Shown piece after piece: positions 18,131 through 27,896 of a DNA stretch of 64,000 nt. A program made the position numbers and the translations under genes. The stretch lies in NCBI GenBank assembly GCA_965267575.1, contig OZ254086.1, positions 2,816,001 to 2,880,000 of the forward strand. The letters are read 5' to 3'. The DNA comes from Calditrichales bacterium (GTDB lineage: Bacteria; Calditrichota; Calditrichia; Calditrichales; J004). The notes beneath the pieces were generated by a model. That model was not told where the DNA came from, made no database searches, and worked only from the letters and a program-made list of their open reading frames with translations. Within the stretch, counting starts at the first letter, position 1; each line of letters starts with the position of its first letter.

Positions 18131-20497
18131 ATGACCCGGCTGATAGCTGCTCTTGCCCTGATCCCCCTGATGCTCTTTTCACAAAGCCAAACCGTACGCG
18201 GCACCGTAAGCGACGGCAGCACCGGCGAGCCCCTGCCCGCCGCCAACCTGCAAATTGAAGGCACCTACCGCGGAACGATCACCAACAATTATGGCGAGTT
18301 TTTGCTGGAAGTGGAATCGTTTCCAACAACACTTATAGTCAGTTTTATCGGTTATGAACGAAAAAATATAGAGCTACAAAGCGCTCCTTCTGAGCCGCTT
18401 AAAATTGCCCTGACGCCGGTTATCCTGGAAACGGAGCCGATCGTGGTTACGGCGGAAGACCCCGGCATGGGCATCATGCGCAAAGTGATTGAACGCAAGC
18501 GCCTCTGGTACGACAGCCTTAAGACCTATTCCGTGGAAGCTTACAACCGCATCACGCTGGCCAATGACAGCGCTGTCGTTTCCGTCATGGAGACACTCAC
18601 CGAAAAGTTCTGGCACCATGAGAAGGGCCCGCGTGAAGTGATCAAGGCTAAGAAGCAAACTGTGAACGTATCACGCGACAACAACTTCGCTTTCAGTGTC
18701 GATTTTCCCAATTTTTACGATGATGATGTGCCGATACAGGGTTTTGACGTGGTTGGTCCCACCCATCCCGACGCTTTCGATTATTATGAATTTAAGCTGA
18801 TTGACCGCAAAGGCTTTGACGGCGATACGGTTTACGTGATCGAGGTGCGGCCGGTCGCGTTGCTAAATCCTACCTTTGTGGGCACCGTTTCCGTGCTGGA
18901 CAGCGTGTGGGCGTTGCTGGCGGTAGACCTCAAACCCAACCCGGAAACGATCGTTTTTCCGCCGCCGTTTGAGCGCTGGGATGTGGCCTATAAGCAGCAG
19001 TTCAACAACTTTGGCCGCGAATTCTGGCTGCCGGTGGATATCCGCAATGACGGGGAGATCAAGATATCTTTGCCCGGCCTGGAATTTCCGCTGATAAAAT
19101 ACCAACGCAGCTCGCGCCTTACCGACTACCGTATAAATATCAATTTGCCGGATTCGCTTTATGACGACGGTGGCCGCATTGTGCGCGAAGATTCACTGGC
19201 CATTGAGGCTGATACGGTGCTGGCCAAAAGGATCGATGTGATCCCGTTGACGCGCGAGGAAGAGGTGGCCTACAGCGAGCTGGACAGTACGGATACTTTC
19301 GAAAAAGCATTCAAACCGAGCGGAATGCTTACGCGCTTTATGGAAATTGAGGCAGACGGCAACCCCGATACGACGCAAGGTTTTTTTGACTGGTTTACCC
19401 CCGATCTGGGCTATAACCGTGTGGAAGAAGCGCGCCTGGGCCTCACCTTTGAGCACACCTTTTTTAAGCGCCTGGATTTTTCCCTGAACGGACATTACGC
19501 GACGGGCCTGCAGCGCGGCGGCTGGCAGGGTGAACTGGCCTGGCGCCTGCCTGGCAAAAAAAGGTCTGTTGCAGTGGCATTAGAAGCCGGCGAACGGGTT
19601 AAGGAAAACTGGCGCAGCCCCAATTACCATCCCTTGCTTGTTAGCGGCATGTATCTGTTGGGTTTGCCGGACTATTACGATTACCACATTAACAGCTTTG
19701 AGAAAATAAGCCTGCATTTAGGACGGAAAAACTGGATGCCCGAGCTGATCATGTGGTTGATGAATGAGCGCCAAACATCCGCTTCACCGCGGCGGCTGGC
19801 TGATTTCAGCCTGCAATTTAAGGAGCGCGATCCACGAATCAATCCGGCGGTGCAGGAAACCTTTCTGCGCAGCGCCGGCTGGTCATTGGAGTTTGGCGGC
19901 GATTATGTGCCCTTCGGGATTGCCGCATTGAGCAGGCTGTATGTACAGGGGGAGCACAGCCTTTCCGCCCTGGACAGCGACTATGATTATAATATGTATC
20001 ACCTTGAAGCGGACTGGTATATCGATACGTTTTTACAAAGGCGCATTTTTCCCAACCGGCTCAATGTGCGGCTGGTGGCCGGAACACAAGGAGGGACGAC
20101 ACCGCAACAAAAGCTGGGTGCGCTGGATCCTGCCTACGGGGCATTCAGCCCGTTTGGTGTTTTCCGCGCCCGCCGTGATGTGCCTTACCTGGGTGAAAAA
20201 TATGCGGCGCTGTTCTGGGAACACAACTTTCGCAGCGTGCCGTTTGAGCTGATCGGTTGGCGTTGGCCGGTAAAAAAATCGATTGGCATTATTTTGCATG
20301 GCGGTCATGGCCGCAGCTGGCTAAGCGATGCCAAAAAAGCTACCCTAAGCTATGGCAGGGCCGCCGTCCCTGAAGATTGGCATCACGAAATCGGGCTTTC
20401 CGTTAACGGGTTGTTTGGCATTCTCAGGTTGGATGTAACGCAAAGGCTGGACAGACAGGTGACCTATCTCGGACTGGGTCTTTTCCGCTGGTTCTAA
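18131..20497 (+). CDS. DUF5686 outer-membrane protein with N-terminal carboxypeptidase-like regulatory domain
   Basis: GTVSDGSTGEPLPAAN..SFIGY; YNRVE; C-terminal barrel ending in F. Confidence 0.8.
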   Translation: MTRLIAALALIPLMLFSQSQTVRGTVSDGSTGEPLPAANLQIEGTYRGTITNNYGEFLLEVESFPTTLIVSFIGYERKNIELQSAPSEPLKIALTPVILETEPIVVTAEDPGMGIMRKVIERKRLWYDSLKTYSVEAYNRITLANDSAVVSVMETLTEKFWHHEKGPREVIKAKKQTVNVSRDNNFAFSVDFPNFYDDDVPIQGFDVVGPTHPDAFDYYEFKLIDRKGFDGDTVYVIEVRPVALLNPTFVGTVSVLDSVWALLAVDLKPNPETIVFPPPFERWDVAYKQQFNNFGREFWLPVDIRNDGEIKISLPGLEFPLIKYQRSSRLTDYRININLPDSLYDDGGRIVREDSLAIEADTVLAKRIDVIPLTREEEVAYSELDSTDTFEKAFKPSGMLTRFMEIEADGNPDTTQGFFDWFTPDLGYNRVEEARLGLTFEHTFFKRLDFSLNGHYATGLQRGGWQGELAWRLPGKKRSVAVALEAGERVKENWRSPNYHPLLVSGMYLLGLPDYYDYHINSFEKISLHLGRKNWMPELIMWLMNERQTSASPRRLADFSLQFKERDPRINPAVQETFLRSAGWSLEFGGDYVPFGIAALSRLYVQGEHSLSALDSDYDYNMYHLEADWYIDTFLQRRIFPNRLNVRLVAGTQGGTTPQQKLGALDPAYGAFSPFGVFRARRDVPYLGEKYAALFWEHNFRSVPFELIGWRWPVKKSIGIILHGGHGRSWLSDAKKATLSYGRAAVPEDWHHEIGLSVNGLFGILRLDVTQRLDRQVTYLGLGLFRWF

Positions 20498-20510
20498 AGA
20501 TTTAAAAGAA

Positions 20511-20541
20511 TTGAAATATCTTTTTGTGGCGCACTGTTGTA
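20511..20541 (+). promoter_or_regulatory. Candidate ECF (SigR/SigH-like) promoter for cryptochrome
   Basis: GAAAT(20513-17)-N18-GTTG(20536), just upstream of ATG 20549; no sigma70 -10 at the proper spacing. Confidence 0.4.
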
Positions 20542-20548
20542 AAGCGCC

Positions 20549-22012
20549 ATGAAAAATGGAAAAACGATTATCGTCTGGCTTCGCAACGACTTGCGGCTGC
20601 GCGACAATGAAGCACTGTGGCGGGCAACGCAGGACGCGGAGTATGTTATCCCGCTTTACATTTTTGACCCCTTCTGGTACGGAAAAACCTCATTCGGCTT
20701 CCCCAAAACCGGTTCTTTTAGGGCGCAGTTCATCCGCGAATCGATGGAGGCGTTGCAGCGATCGTTACGCGGGCTGGGCGCGGACCTGATTGTGCGCGTC
20801 GGTGACAGTGCCACGGTTCTGGCGGATCTGGCCGCCCGGTTTCAAGCTGATGCCGTCTATTTCCACAGCGAAGTTACAAGCGAAGAAACCAAAATGGAGC
20901 AACGTCTGGAAGAGTTGCTGCAGGGCCGGGAGACTTCCCTGCAACGGTTCTGGGGGCACACTCTTTTTCACATAGATGATTTGCCTTTTTCTCCGGATGA
21001 CATTCCGCAAGTATTTACTGCTTTTCGAAAGAGTGTCGAAAAGGAAAGCGACATTCGCGCTGAATTTCCGGCTGTTAGCCGTTTCAAACTGCCGCCCGGA
21101 ATTAAAGGCGAAACCATCCCGGGTCTTGAACGCTGGGGCCTGCAGCCGCCGCCAGAAGATGACCGGGCCGCCTACCGCTTCCGCGGGGGAGAGCAGGCCG
21201 CATGGCAGCGCGTTGAAGAATACTTCTGGGCACACGACAGCCTCAAGGATTACAAAAACCGGCGCAACGAATTGCTGGGAGAAGATTACTCCTCGAAGCT
21301 TTCGCCGTGGCTGGCAACGGGGGCCGTTTCTACCCGCTCCCTTTTTTATGAGATAGTCCGCTACGAAGATTTACGGCACAAAAATATTTCAACATACTGG
21401 CTTATCTTTGAACTTATCTGGCGCGACTTTTTCCGCTTTACCGCCCGGCAATACGGTGATCGTCTGTTTGCTTTACCGGGGATTACGGACAAAAAAGGAG
21501 GGTGGCGCTATGACCGTGAACAATTTGACCGATGGGCAAACAGCACAACCGGTTTTCCATTTATAGATGCCAATATGCGTGAGCTGAATAAAACAGGCTT
21601 TATGTCCAACCGCGGCCGCCAGAATGTGGCCAGTTTCCTTGCGCACAACCTGCATATCGACTGGCGCATGGGTGCAGAGTATTTTGAAAGTTTGCTGATC
21701 GACTATGATGTATGCAGCAACTGGGGCAACTGGGGTTATGTGGCTGGCGTAGGCAATGATCCGCGCAGCCGCTATTTCGATATTATCAAACAGGCCTACG
21801 AATACGATCCGCATAGCAGCTATGTGCGCCACTGGCTGCCGGAGCTGAAAAACGTACCCAATGGCGGCGCCCAGGAAGTGTGGCGCCTGGCGCCGGAGAT
21901 ACGGGACAAAGCCGGTGTTGTTCTTGGTAAGAGCTATCCGCGGCCCATGATCAATCTCGAAGAATCTTATGAACAGATACGGCGGCGCATGTTTGATGAG
22001 GAAAAGGGTTAA
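20549..22012 (+). CDS. Cryptochrome DASH (photolyase family)
   Basis: [11 protein letters not shown]; fgfPKTGx[67 protein letters not shown]. Confidence 0.93.
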   Translation: MKNGKTIIVWLRNDLRLRDNEALWRATQDAEYVIPLYIFDPFWYGKTSFGFPKTGSFRAQFIRESMEALQRSLRGLGADLIVRVGDSATVLADLAARFQADAVYFHSEVTSEETKMEQRLEELLQGRETSLQRFWGHTLFHIDDLPFSPDDIPQVFTAFRKSVEKESDIRAEFPAVSRFKLPPGIKGETIPGLERWGLQPPPEDDRAAYRFRGGEQAAWQRVEEYFWAHDSLKDYKNRRNELLGEDYSSKLSPWLATGAVSTRSLFYEIVRYEDLRHKNISTYWLIFELIWRDFFRFTARQYGDRLFALPGITDKKGGWRYDREQFDRWANSTTGFPFIDANMRELNKTGFMSNRGRQNVASFLAHNLHIDWRMGAEYFESLLIDYDVCSNWGNWGYVAGVGNDPRSRYFDIIKQAYEYDPHSSYVRHWLPELKNVPNGGAQEVWRLAPEIRDKAGVVLGKSYPRPMINLEESYEQIRRRMFDEEKG

Positions 22013-22133
22013 AAAAGGCAACCTGCCTGCGAAGGTTTGTCCTGTTTGTAAACGGACTTTTACCTGGCGCAAGAAATGGCGCAAAGACTGGGAAAACGTA
22101 CGCTATTGCAGCAATCGCTGTCGCCGCGCGTAA
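21996..22133 (+). CDS. DUF2256 small Cys4 protein (missing from the ORF track)
   Basis: [45 protein letters not shown]; overlaps the cryptochrome 3' end. Confidence 0.9.
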   Translation: MRKRVKKGNLPAKVCPVCKRTFTWRKKWRKDWENVRYCSNRCRRA

Positions 22134-22135
22134 AT

Positions 22136-22161
22136 AAAAAACCCCGCCGGGGCGGGGTTTT
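22136..22161. terminator. Bidirectional terminator
   Basis: A run, then CCCCGC-CGGG-GCGGGG, then TTTT, between convergent genes. Confidence 0.8.
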
Positions 22162-22178
22162 GGGGGCTAGGGAGGTTT

Positions 22179-22745
22179 TTATGCGGTTTGTGGTAAGTAG
22201 CCGTTTTGGCGTGCATAATCCTTTAACACGCGGTGTAATAATTTGCGTCCTCGGTGCAGGCGTGACATAACAGTTCCGATCGGTATATTCACGATGTTGG
22301 CGATTTCCTTGTAGGAAAAACCTTCTATATCATACAACAAAACGATAATCCGGAATGGATAAGGCAGGTTTTCGAGGGCCGCTTTTACTTCGTCGCCGAA
22401 GTGCTCGTCGGCAAAATCACCGTTGAGGTTTTCATCAGTAAGCTGTTCTTCTTCCACTTTCTTATACAAGTAGAACTCTTCCATATCATCATAGCTTACT
22501 TTCTGCGGCCTGCGCACATTACGACGATAAGCCGTAATAAAAGTATTTACCAGAATACGAAATACCCACGCGCGGAAATTGGTACCTTTTTGGTATTGAT
22601 GCAGAGCGCGGAATGCTTTGAATAAAGTCTCCTGAACCAGATCTTCCATGTCCAGTTTGTTGCGCGTCATCCTGTACGCTGTGCTGTATAAAGACTTCAT
22701 GTGAGGCTCGATAAGGGTTGAAAACTCTGTTTGACGCGAACTCAT
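22179..22745 (-). CDS. ECF sigma-70 factor (SigR/SigH-like)
   Basis: EDLVQET..GTNFRAWVFRILVNTFI; EGFSYKEIA..IPIGTVMSRLHRGRK; AAAGGAG RBS before ATG 22745. Confidence 0.93.
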   Translation of the reverse strand: MSSRQTEFSTLIEPHMKSLYSTAYRMTRNKLDMEDLVQETLFKAFRALHQYQKGTNFRAWVFRILVNTFITAYRRNVRRPQKVSYDDMEEFYLYKKVEEEQLTDENLNGDFADEHFGDEVKAALENLPYPFRIIVLLYDIEGFSYKEIANIVNIPIGTVMSRLHRGRKLLHRVLKDYARQNGYLPQTA

Positions 22746-22787
22746 GATCGTGCTCCTTTGGGGTGATCGTTTATTGTTGACAGCCGC

Positions 22788-22816
22788 ATTATACATCATT
22801 GTATAATATTTGTCAA
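22788..22816 (-). promoter_or_regulatory. Consensus sigma70 promoter of the ECF gene with overlapping CarH-type repeats
   Basis: Minus strand TTGACA(22816-11)-N17-TATAAT(22793-88); TATACA lies 11 bp after TTGACA. Confidence 0.8.
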
Positions 22817-22897
22817 GGAAAAAAGTAAATAAAACTATACATAGCTCCGTTTTAGTCTATACATAACATATAAATAAATAAAAATACAATATTTATG

Positions 22898-22926
22898 TTG
22901 ACAAAAATTATACAGTAGGTTATATT
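22898..22926 (+). promoter_or_regulatory. Sigma70 promoter of the carH-like gene with overlapping operator repeats; probably leaderless
   Basis: TTGACA(22898)-N17-TATATT(22921); TATACA at 22909 (+11); ATG follows 7 nt after the -10 with no SD. Confidence 0.75.
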
Positions 22927-22933
22927 GCCCCTC

Positions 22934-23902
22934 ATGAGCGAAAAACTTTATCCAATTAAATATGTTGCGCGGGAAACCGGTTTAACGCCTTTGGTAATAC
23001 GGGCGTGGGAAAGGCGCTACAATGCGGTTGTCCCGCAGCGTACCGATACAAACCGACGCCTGTACAGTGAAGGTGATATTATGAGGCTGAAGCTTCTGGC
23101 CCGTGCCGTAGACAGCGGTATTAATATCGGGGCGGTTGCTGACAAGGAGAATCAGCGCATTATGGAGATGATTCAGCCGTCTGCCGTTGAAAGCATAACA
23201 AACGAATCCACAACGCCGGACAACGAGCAACAAAATTCCCTGGCCTCGTTTGCCGCAGGGCAGACCGGCAGTCAGTATTTCCGGCAAGCGCTGGACGCCG
23301 TAACCGCTCTCGACGGTCAAAAGCTTGAAAATATTTTAATGAGGGCATCGGTTCAGTTATCCAAGCATGCCATAATTGAAGATGTGATCGTACCACTGAT
23401 GCACAAAATTGGTGACCTGTGGGAAGAGGGACAGTTGCGCATTATAAATGAGCATCTGGCCACAGCAGTGGTGCGGTCTTTTTTAGGTAACATGCGCGGG
23501 GCGTTTAGTGTCGATGATACCGCGCCTTCCGTGTTGGTTACTACACCGCAGGGTCAATTGCACGAATTGGGTGCGTTGTTGACCGCGGCGGCCGCCAACG
23601 AAGAAGGCTGGAAATGCACCTATCTTGGACCAAACATACCATCAGAGGAAATCATTGCTGCCGCAGAACACATCAAACCCCGTGTACTCTCACTCAGCAT
23701 CGTTCACCCCGCCGATGACCCGCGCCTGCCCCACGACCTTGAAAAAATGAAAATGTTTCTCCCGAAAGACATCAGGATTATTGTAGGTGGCCGCGCCGCG
23801 GAAGCCTACGTGGCGGTCCTAAAGAAAATAAATGCCGAGTATCTTCCCGATATCCGCGCCTTTCGCCGCCGTCTGCAGGAACTGCGCTACAATAAACACT
23901 AA
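22934..23902 (+). CDS. carH: CarH/LitR-type MerR-family, cobalamin-binding photoreceptor/repressor
   Basis: MerR HTH (IRAWERRY..PQRT..RRLY); W-x9-EH (WEEGQLRIINEH); Rossmann B12 motifs GQLHELG, YLGPNIP and IIVGG. Confidence 0.85.
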   Translation: MSEKLYPIKYVARETGLTPLVIRAWERRYNAVVPQRTDTNRRLYSEGDIMRLKLLARAVDSGINIGAVADKENQRIMEMIQPSAVESITNESTTPDNEQQNSLASFAAGQTGSQYFRQALDAVTALDGQKLENILMRASVQLSKHAIIEDVIVPLMHKIGDLWEEGQLRIINEHLATAVVRSFLGNMRGAFSVDDTAPSVLVTTPQGQLHELGALLTAAAANEEGWKCTYLGPNIPSEEIIAAAEHIKPRVLSLSIVHPADDPRLPHDLEKMKMFLPKDIRIIVGGRAAEAYVAVLKKINAEYLPDIRAFRRRLQELRYNKH

Positions 23903-24074
23903 AGACGAGCATAGCGCTCTGAAACTTCTGCCTTATATCTTCCCGCCACGATTTTGATACTTCCCGTTTAATACACAATATGTAATTCCCGTCACGCAAT
24001 AATTTTTGCGCCGAATCTTTTTTTGAATAAGTTTGTTTAGATATCGAATTAACCTCATAGCGGAGTTGTTTTTG

Positions 24075-25184
24075 ATGAGAAAGATTTTCTTAGTGCTGAT
24101 GCTGGCCGTCGGCCTCGCGGCTGCACAAAATGCCGTAATGAAAACCGTAGAAAAGTTAAACGCGGTCGACGAATCTCCTGTTGTTGGCTGGACACAGAGC
24201 GGTGAATCGGTGCATGATATCGAAATGCCCGGCCAAAACGGTTTCTGGCAGTTCCACGACGGTGTGGCGCCGGTGCGGGTAAATATCTCCGCGGAGCGCG
24301 ACCCGCTGCTGGAAGTATCCTGGCAAGCTAAGGGCAGGGAAGCACGCTTCAGCGACCGCTGGCAGTACGATATGGCTATGCCGTTATTCAAACCCTCTGC
24401 TGATGGGACGCTCATGATGAGCATTGATATCGGAAATCGTTTAAGGTTGATTGACAGCGATGGAACGATCCGAAGCTCTTTTGCAATCGTGGAAGAGTAT
24501 AAATATGACAGCGAAAACATCGTGATGGCGGCTGCCGACAGCGATTTAAAGACCATCCTTACAGGCGTGACCCAGTTTGAAGATGGGCGTCCGTTTACCA
24601 CACTTACACTGCGTACCCGTGAAAATGAAATTCTCCTATCAAGAACGTTTGACGGGCACTACCTGCGTTCACTGGAACTGACCGATGACGGCGCATTATG
24701 GGGTGCATGTGTTTACACAGCCGAGCCGTTCATTTTTAATACCTTCGCTGCCGACCGGCAGGGCAATATCCTGGCGCAATCGCAGCAGCGCAGCCGGCGC
24801 ATACTTTTTTCTGATGATGGCCGGACGGTCTTTTTTGATAAGAATGCCCTGCAGGTCTTTAACTTGCAGAGCGGGCAGCAAACCGGCAGCTACCGCCTAG
24901 ACAATCCGCAAAAAATTATTACCGACGCCGCTTTTGACGCGGAGAGCCGCACGCTCGTTGTACAAGAATCCGCCGTACTGCGCAATACGGGTAGCAAAAC
25001 GTATCCCTGGAAATTCAGTGATATTGTTTTAACGGCGCTTGATCAGAGGGCGAGTACAATCGCTCAACAGAAAATGAAGGAAATCACCGTTTTGCAGCCG
25101 TCCTTGTGGTACGACGGCGAAAAGCAGGCCTTTTTTCTAGGCCATACAGAGGGCGCGGAATGGCTGCGCATGGAGGTGCAATAA
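24075..25184 (+). CDS. Secreted hypothetical protein (probable beta-propeller)
   Basis: Signal peptide MRKIFLVLMLAVGLAAA; beta-rich repeats; TAATG coupling to the next gene. Confidence 0.7.
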   Translation: MRKIFLVLMLAVGLAAAQNAVMKTVEKLNAVDESPVVGWTQSGESVHDIEMPGQNGFWQFHDGVAPVRVNISAERDPLLEVSWQAKGREARFSDRWQYDMAMPLFKPSADGTLMMSIDIGNRLRLIDSDGTIRSSFAIVEEYKYDSENIVMAAADSDLKTILTGVTQFEDGRPFTTLTLRTRENEILLSRTFDGHYLRSLELTDDGALWGACVYTAEPFIFNTFAADRQGNILAQSQQRSRRILFSDDGRTVFFDKNALQVFNLQSGQQTGSYRLDNPQKIITDAAFDAESRTLVVQESAVLRNTGSKTYPWKFSDIVLTALDQRASTIAQQKMKEITVLQPSLWYDGEKQAFFLGHTEGAEWLRMEVQ

Positions 25185-27358
25185 TGAAAACGATCAGCAT
25201 AAAAATATTATTATTTGCAGGATTGCTCGGCGGGCTGCAGGCGCAAAGCTACAACTGGCCCTGCCAGCCTTTTGAAGAACCGCACTGGATCAACGGCACG
25301 TTTTGTGAAAACCGTCCAAGCGGCTCCGTGCAGCGCCACCACTTTCACGATGGCGTGGATATTCACCTGCCCCAGGGCGATAACGTTTACTCCGTGATAA
25401 GCGGTTCGGTTACGAGCATAGGTACGGCGTCGCAGTATGGCATAAACGCCTTTGTGCGGGTCGGTCGATACGCCTATGTCCACGTGGATGCCCATCCCGG
25501 GCTAGAACCCGGCGAGAGTGTTACCAAACTGCAAACGGTCATCGGCGCCACAAACTCCTGGAATCACATACATTTTAAAGATGGCTACTCGGGCAGCGAG
25601 CGCAACGCTCTGCGCCAGGGAGGCGGACTTTCGCCTTTTGACGATCCTTACAATCCCACTGTTGAGTGGATACGTTTTTATGAAAATACGACCAAAACGC
25701 GCTTTACCGACAATAAAGTAACAGGACTTGTGGAGATTGTAGCCAAGGCTTCGGACAGAACCGATACCGGCCCCATTGGTGACAACAACGGTGTTCTGGC
25801 AATCAGCTTCCAGATATTTGACAGCACCGGGACTGTAGCTTTGACAAATAAAGTTGAACGCTTTCGTTTTGATTACATCCCGGCTTCCGATGCTTACATC
25901 ACCAATGTGTTTTTTGAAGGTTCTACTATCAGCGATTATTTATATACGGTAACAAACCGGATAAGCGGCGACGGTTACTGGGATACGCGTGACTACGAGC
26001 CGGGCACGTATGTGATTAAGGTGGAGACGGAAGACACCCACGGCAATACACATACACGTTCGTCTACCGTCAGGGTTGTGCCGCAAGACCGCTGGGCGCC
26101 CGAAACCCCGCAGCTTCTGGCGTTGGAAGGCGATAATCAAAAAAACTGGACACTAAACTGGTTTGCCAACGATTGCACCGATGTCGATCACTACAATCTC
26201 TATTTCACCTACTGGGGTGATAGCTGGAACGAAAACACCTCTATCTCCGAAAGCATCGCCGGGGAAGACACAACATTAACGTATTCGGGCTTTAGTAACG
26301 ATCTGTCTATTTACTTCAGGCTTGTTGCCGCCGATGATGCCGCTCCCAGCAATATGAGCGACTCTTCCGATGCCTACGGCGTGCGTCTTTCCGCGGAGGG
26401 TGCGGAAGCCCTTATTGTGGATGGGTTTGACCGCACGGACGGATACTGGCAAAAGCAGACGCATACATTTGCCATAGATTACGGCGTGGCGCTAACACGG
26501 GCCGGTGTTTCATTCAATACCATTTCCGATGATGCCTTGCGCATGGGGCAGGATGCGCTGACCAATTACCCGCTGGTTATCTGGTTTGTCGGGGATGATG
26601 AGGGTGAAGAAAAAAGTCTGAACGCGCAGGACCGTGCGGCGATCGAACAATACCTGGATAATGGCGGATGGCTGCTGCTGTGCGGTACAAATCTTGGCAG
26701 CGATCTGGCCCTTGGCAGTATGGAGGAATCGACCTGGTACGGCACTGTGCTCAATGCGGCCTTTACCGAAGACAGCGTGGTTGCCGATGACGTAAACGGT
26801 GTTGCCGGCACAATTCTGGAAGGCTTTAACGCGTCTTTAAAAGGCGGCATTCATTTTGAGGCGATTAGTTCTGTAAACGGTGAGACATTAATGACCTATA
26901 GCAACGGCCTGCCCGCGGCAACCTACTGCGGTCCTGAACATGGACGCAATGGCAGTTTTATATATCTCGGTTTTCCCCTGGAAGCCCTGCAAGAGCAGGA
27001 TGACCGTGACGCCCTGATGGCCGGTTTGCTGCAGTACGGGATAGCGAATAGTATCGCAGACAGCGAGCCCGTTACGGAACGCGGTTTCCGGCTGTTAAAT
27101 AATTACCCCAATCCCTTTAATCCTGTAACGCAGATTCCTTTCACGCTGGGCAAACAAAGCCGGGTAACCCTGCAAATTTTTGACATCCGTGGCAGCCTGA
27201 TCCGCACGCTGGTGGATGGCTCCCTGAGCGGCGGCTCACATTCCGTCACATGGGACGGGCGGGACAGCGCCGGCAGGAAGGTAGGCAGCGGCAGCTATAT
27301 CTATCGTCTGCAAAGCGGAGAATTCAGCCAGAGCCGTATGATGGTAATTTTGAAATAG
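25184..27358 (+). CDS. Secreted M23-like metallopeptidase with Ig/FN3 modules and T9SS-type C-terminal domain
   Basis: HDGVDI (HxxxD) and NHIHF (HxH); FN3-like APETPQ..W..Y; NYPNPFNP C-terminal domain; GGAGG RBS. Confidence 0.8.
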   Translation: MKTISIKILLFAGLLGGLQAQSYNWPCQPFEEPHWINGTFCENRPSGSVQRHHFHDGVDIHLPQGDNVYSVISGSVTSIGTASQYGINAFVRVGRYAYVHVDAHPGLEPGESVTKLQTVIGATNSWNHIHFKDGYSGSERNALRQGGGLSPFDDPYNPTVEWIRFYENTTKTRFTDNKVTGLVEIVAKASDRTDTGPIGDNNGVLAISFQIFDSTGTVALTNKVERFRFDYIPASDAYITNVFFEGSTISDYLYTVTNRISGDGYWDTRDYEPGTYVIKVETEDTHGNTHTRSSTVRVVPQDRWAPETPQLLALEGDNQKNWTLNWFANDCTDVDHYNLYFTYWGDSWNENTSISESIAGEDTTLTYSGFSNDLSIYFRLVAADDAAPSNMSDSSDAYGVRLSAEGAEALIVDGFDRTDGYWQKQTHTFAIDYGVALTRAGVSFNTISDDALRMGQDALTNYPLVIWFVGDDEGEEKSLNAQDRAAIEQYLDNGGWLLLCGTNLGSDLALGSMEESTWYGTVLNAAFTEDSVVADDVNGVAGTILEGFNASLKGGIHFEAISSVNGETLMTYSNGLPAATYCGPEHGRNGSFIYLGFPLEALQEQDDRDALMAGLLQYGIANSIADSEPVTERGFRLLNNYPNPFNPVTQIPFTLGKQSRVTLQIFDIRGSLIRTLVDGSLSGGSHSVTWDGRDSAGRKVGSGSYIYRLQSGEFSQSRMMVILK

Positions 27359-27402
27359 GCGGCTTTACCTCATATTTTTGCTCTGTGTAAACGGGCGCTA
27401 CT

Positions 27403-27822
27403 ATGAGTTTTGTTTTTCATCAGAAACTAAATCTGATTTGCTGGTACCCGGCCGGTGACCTGGGGCGTGAAGAGATAATCGGTTATTACCAGCAACTGCG
27501 TGATTGTTCTTTTGGTGCTAAAGCCGACCGCTATTGTGATTTTTCCGCCGTCAGCGGCTTCCGCATTGATTACAATATTTTGTACTCCATCACGGATTAT
27601 CGCCGCCGGTTTCTGGCTGATCATACAGGCATGAAGCTGGTTATGAACAGCAACTCGCCCATCGGCTTTGGCATGAGCCGCATGTACCAAAGCCTGATGA
27701 GTAACTGGGATATCAAGGTTTTTGTTACCCAAAAGCCCGCTGAAGCCGCCAATCTTCTTAACGTCTCCGAATCCGTTCTCTTCCCCCCGGATACAACAGA
27801 ATCAGCAAATAAAAGTAAGTGA
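27403..27822 (+). CDS. STAS/SpoIIAA-like small protein
   Basis: CDFS and FGMSRMYQ..IKVF motifs; resembles 2263-2655. Confidence 0.6.
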   Translation: MSFVFHQKLNLICWYPAGDLGREEIIGYYQQLRDCSFGAKADRYCDFSAVSGFRIDYNILYSITDYRRRFLADHTGMKLVMNSNSPIGFGMSRMYQSLMSNWDIKVFVTQKPAEAANLLNVSESVLFPPDTTESANKSK

Positions 27823-27896
27823 TTTTACTTTTTGATATAGCTTTCCATTTTGTAATTTATTCAACCTTATTACTCAGAAACACATATGGAGGTTAT

